Source of the DNA: an uncultured Thermoplasmatales archaeon
GTDB lineage: Archaea > Thermoplasmatota > E2 > UBA202 > DSCA01
Reading direction: 5' to 3'
DNA length: 27,253 nucleotides
Assembly: GCA_964514975.1 (NCBI GenBank)
Contig: CAZESS010000023.1
Location: 1-27,253 of the forward strand
The notes below the pieces were generated by a model. It saw only the letters and a program-made list of their open reading frames with translations, was not told the origin of the DNA and did no database searches. Each line of letters starts with the position of its first letter. Within the stretch, counting starts at the first letter, position 1. This document shows positions 24,806 through 27,253 of this stretch, piece after piece. Position numbers and translations under genes: made by a program.

Positions 24806-25585
24806 ATGGACTACGCGGAGCTCACCTGGAAGGACGTCGAGCAGCTCGACCCGGACACCATCTTCTTCCTCAGCGTGTCCCCCATGGAGGCCCACGGCCC
24901 GCATCTCCCCCTCGGGACAGACCTGTATGTCGCCCGGGAGATAGAACGCCGCACCATGCACCGCCTCGAAAAAGAGCACAGCGTGGTGTCGCTGCCGTCG
25001 CTGCCCGTCGGCGCCTGCCGGATGGCCCGGGATTTCCCGGGGAGCATGTCCATGGACTGGCGGACGGTCCGCGACACCCTGACCGAGCAGCTCAGGCTCA
25101 TCGCCGACATGGATTTCTCATATCTCATGCTGCTGACCTTCCACATGGACCTCCACCACATCAAAGCCATCCACGCCGCCATGAAACAGGCCGCCCGCCG
25201 GGGGCTCACGGTCTGCGAGCCGCTGACCCCGCACTTCTACCAGGGAACGCTCTGGCCGCCCATGGACGAGGGCGAGGTGCACGCCGACGCCAAGGAAACC
25301 TCGCTGGGCCTGGCATTGTTCCCCGAGCTGCTGCACAACTGGCAGGAGCAGCCCCCGGTCGACGTCGACGTCGGCGGCCCGGCTGCGCTGTACCATACCA
25401 TGCGCGAGCTCGGCGCCGAGCAGGGCTACGTGGGCACACCCTCCAGGGCAACCCGGGAGTACGGCGAGATGTTCATGGAGCAGATGACCGACATCTGCGT
25501 CGATGCAGCCCGGGCGCTGCACGCCGGCGAAGCGCTACCGCGGCTGCCCGCCCGAATCAGGCTCCTCTTCCGCTTCGTTCGGTGA
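24806..25585 (+). CDS. Creatininase/creatinine amidohydrolase family protein
   Basis: ELTW, EAHGPHLPLGTD, FPGS, HADAKETS and GYVGTP..AT.E.G. ATATAAA about 25 nt upstream. Confidence 0.88.
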   Translation: MDYAELTWKDVEQLDPDTIFFLSVSPMEAHGPHLPLGTDLYVAREIERRTMHRLEKEHSVVSLPSLPVGACRMARDFPGSMSMDWRTVRDTLTEQLRLIADMDFSYLMLLTFHMDLHHIKAIHAAMKQAARRGLTVCEPLTPHFYQGTLWPPMDEGEVHADAKETSLGLALFPELLHNWQEQPPVDVDVGGPAALYHTMRELGAEQGYVGTPSRATREYGEMFMEQMTDICVDAARALHAGEALPRLPARIRLLFRFVR

Positions 25586-26293
25586 CCCCAGCCACTCGCA
25601 CATATATGTGCGGCATTGCCGGAGGCAGGCGTCGTTGTCCCACGGCTGCACGGCGGGCTCCTCGCCGGCAAAGCGGGCTATCGCAGGGAGCGCCCTGACC
25701 ACGTTGTCCACGATGGTGACATCGGCGGACAGAGCGGTGCGGGACAGCGGGTTGAGATCAATGGCGACAACTGTTTTTCCCATGTCTTTCAGGGCCTGGC
25801 AGCGGTCGCCGTCTTCGAGCGGCACCAGGACGACGTCGGCGGCGGCGATACCCTGGCTGCTGCATCTGCCCCGGTCATGGTCGAGCCCCGGGATGCGCGC
25901 GTCGGCGTCTCTGCCGAGCACCGATGTGGCGCCGTGTTCTTCCAGCAGCCCGATGATACTGTGTATCCGCTCGTCGGTGCGATGGAACAGGTTCACCTCG
26001 AGGACGGCGCCGGTCGCCCCGGCGAGCTCCACGCATGCCCCGGGAGCCAGTACGGCCGTGTTGCCGTTCACCGAGATAACCGGATGCGCGGCATGGAGCA
26101 TGCGGGCCGCCGCCGCTTTCTCCGCCGATGCGGCAGGAGGAACGGTTCGTTCGCCGAGCAGGTAGTCGAATGCTTCGCCGCGGCCGTGGGCGATGAGACC
26201 CGTCGGGTGGACGATGCCCCGGGCGACGCCGTCCGCCACCTGTTCGCGCATGACGAGGGAATCATACCGGGGATGCGACGGTGGAATCGACAT
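25535..26293 (-). CDS. 4-phosphopantoate--beta-alanine ligase (archaeal phosphopantothenate synthetase)
   Basis: IPPSHPRYDSL, GLIAHGRGEAFDYLLGE, PVISVNGN, EVNLFHRT, VLVPLEDGDR, IDLNPLSRT and TIVDNVVRA. TTTAAA about 25 nt upstream of ATG 26293. Confidence 0.93.
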   Translation of the reverse strand: MSIPPSHPRYDSLVMREQVADGVARGIVHPTGLIAHGRGEAFDYLLGERTVPPAASAEKAAAARMLHAAHPVISVNGNTAVLAPGACVELAGATGAVLEVNLFHRTDERIHSIIGLLEEHGATSVLGRDADARIPGLDHDRGRCSSQGIAAADVVLVPLEDGDRCQALKDMGKTVVAIDLNPLSRTALSADVTIVDNVVRALPAIARFAGEEPAVQPWDNDACLRQCRTYMCEWLGSPNEAEEEPDSGGQPR

Positions 26294-26471
26294 ATACGAG
26301 TATCCGCCCCTGCGTTTAAAACCTTGTTTTTTCTGTGTATGCCAGCGTTGATCTCTGAACGGGGCCACATCCCTATATGGTTGCCCGGAATGAAATGTCC
26401 CCTATTTTCTTGACCTCTATTTGTCTAAATTAAATCATAATATATAAAAATATTATTTACATTATACATTT

Positions 26472-27005
26472 ATGTCTCAACCGACACCCACTGGACTTAC
26501 CCTTACAGAAGGTGAGCAAGTCATATGGTATGGAAGAAGAAGCTGGAAAAGCTTATGGGGCTGGTTTGTAGCCTTTATCTTCACGATATGGTTTTATGGG
26601 TTAGGTATAATTTTTCTGTTGGCTGCAATTATCATAAGATATTCAAGCGAATATGCAATTACAAACAAACGAGCTTACTCAAGATACGGATTAATTTCCA
26701 GAAAAACAAATGATGCCTCTTTTGAACAAATAACAGATACCTCATTTTCTCAAGGCATTATAGGAAGGATATTAAATTTTGGCGATGTAGGCGTAAATAC
26801 GGCTGGCTCTGCGGGTTTTGAAATAACATATAAAGGAGTGAGCAACCCGAAGCCTTTACTTAGCAAAATTCAAAACGCGAAGAAAAGGAAAGCCCAATAC
26901 ACCAGAAAGGAAGAACGCATTGAACGTCTTCGAGACAGATACTACACAGGAGAGATTTCTAAGGAGAAGTTTGAAGAGGCTATCCGAAAAATTAATGAAG
27001 AATAG
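26472..27005 (+). CDS. Membrane-flanked bacterial PH-domain (bPH_2-like) protein with a SHOCT-like C-terminus; AT-rich
   Basis: Two TM helices, then Y.ITNKR....GLISR......I......QG..GRILNFGDV...TAG, then C-terminal L......GEISKEKFE. About 35% GC in the lines I counted. Confidence 0.8.
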   Translation: MSQPTPTGLTLTEGEQVIWYGRRSWKSLWGWFVAFIFTIWFYGLGIIFLLAAIIIRYSSEYAITNKRAYSRYGLISRKTNDASFEQITDTSFSQGIIGRILNFGDVGVNTAGSAGFEITYKGVSNPKPLLSKIQNAKKRKAQYTRKEERIERLRDRYYTGEISKEKFEEAIRKINEE

Positions 27006-27031
27006 TTTTCTATCTCCTTTCCTTATGTGTT

Positions 27032-27173
27032 CAGGCCGGGAATACTGCGTGGTCTGGAGCGGAGCGGAAGACCCGCAGATGAGAGGCCTGCTCATCTTTT
27101 AAACATCCGACCTGATAATGTGTCTGTCGCGCGCGGCAGACCATACAGGTCTGCCCGTGGGATGGCGCGACAG
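27032..27173. repeat. Two long imperfect inverted repeats (REP-like or structured non-coding element)
   Basis: Hairpin 1: CAGGCC/GGCCTG, CTGCG/CGCAG, GGTCT/AGACC (27032-27090). Hairpin 2: CTGTCGCGC/GCGCGACAG, GGCAGACC/GGTCTGCC (27124-27173). Confidence 0.65.
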
Positions 27174-27253
27174 GATACAAAAGACTATGAAAGATATGAC
27201 CCAAGTTTGACACTTTGCACAGCTAATTTTGCCGAGTTTTGCCGGGAAAATTA

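Overview
A GC-rich (about 60%) archaeal chromosomal segment. The gene content and the style of the secreted proteins suggest Thermoplasmatota (inference). About 29 CDS are supportable. Housekeeping genes: tfb, rlmE, a GalE-like epimerase, carS, gcvT, a YhaM-like HD nuclease, archaeosortase A overlapping a phosphatidyl/archaetidylserine decarboxylase, ogt, phosphopantothenate synthetase, a creatininase-family hydrolase and a cold-shock protein. Secreted or surface proteins: a partial papain-family peptidase, two signal-peptide-bearing tandem SagB/nitroreductase paralogues, Ig-like proteins and a CxxC thioredoxin-like protein. There is also an ArsR-wHTH / membrane protein / YHS-permease module and one AT-rich, foreign-looking gene followed by long hairpins. 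No tRNA, rRNA, CRISPR array, integrase or transposase was recognised. The strongest leads are: (1) an apparently intact family-B DNA polymerase with a rewritten region III (NAGTHG in place of NSxYG) and a PIP box, directly behind ogt; (2) an unknown protein ending in a TFB-like cyclin/HTH repeat two genes from tfb; (3) exported SagB-like flavoproteins; (4) a C-terminal Ig-like domain shared by unrelated exported proteins; (5) an 11-bp-period CCCAAA array in the wHTH module. All calls come from reading motifs by eye; no database searches were run.
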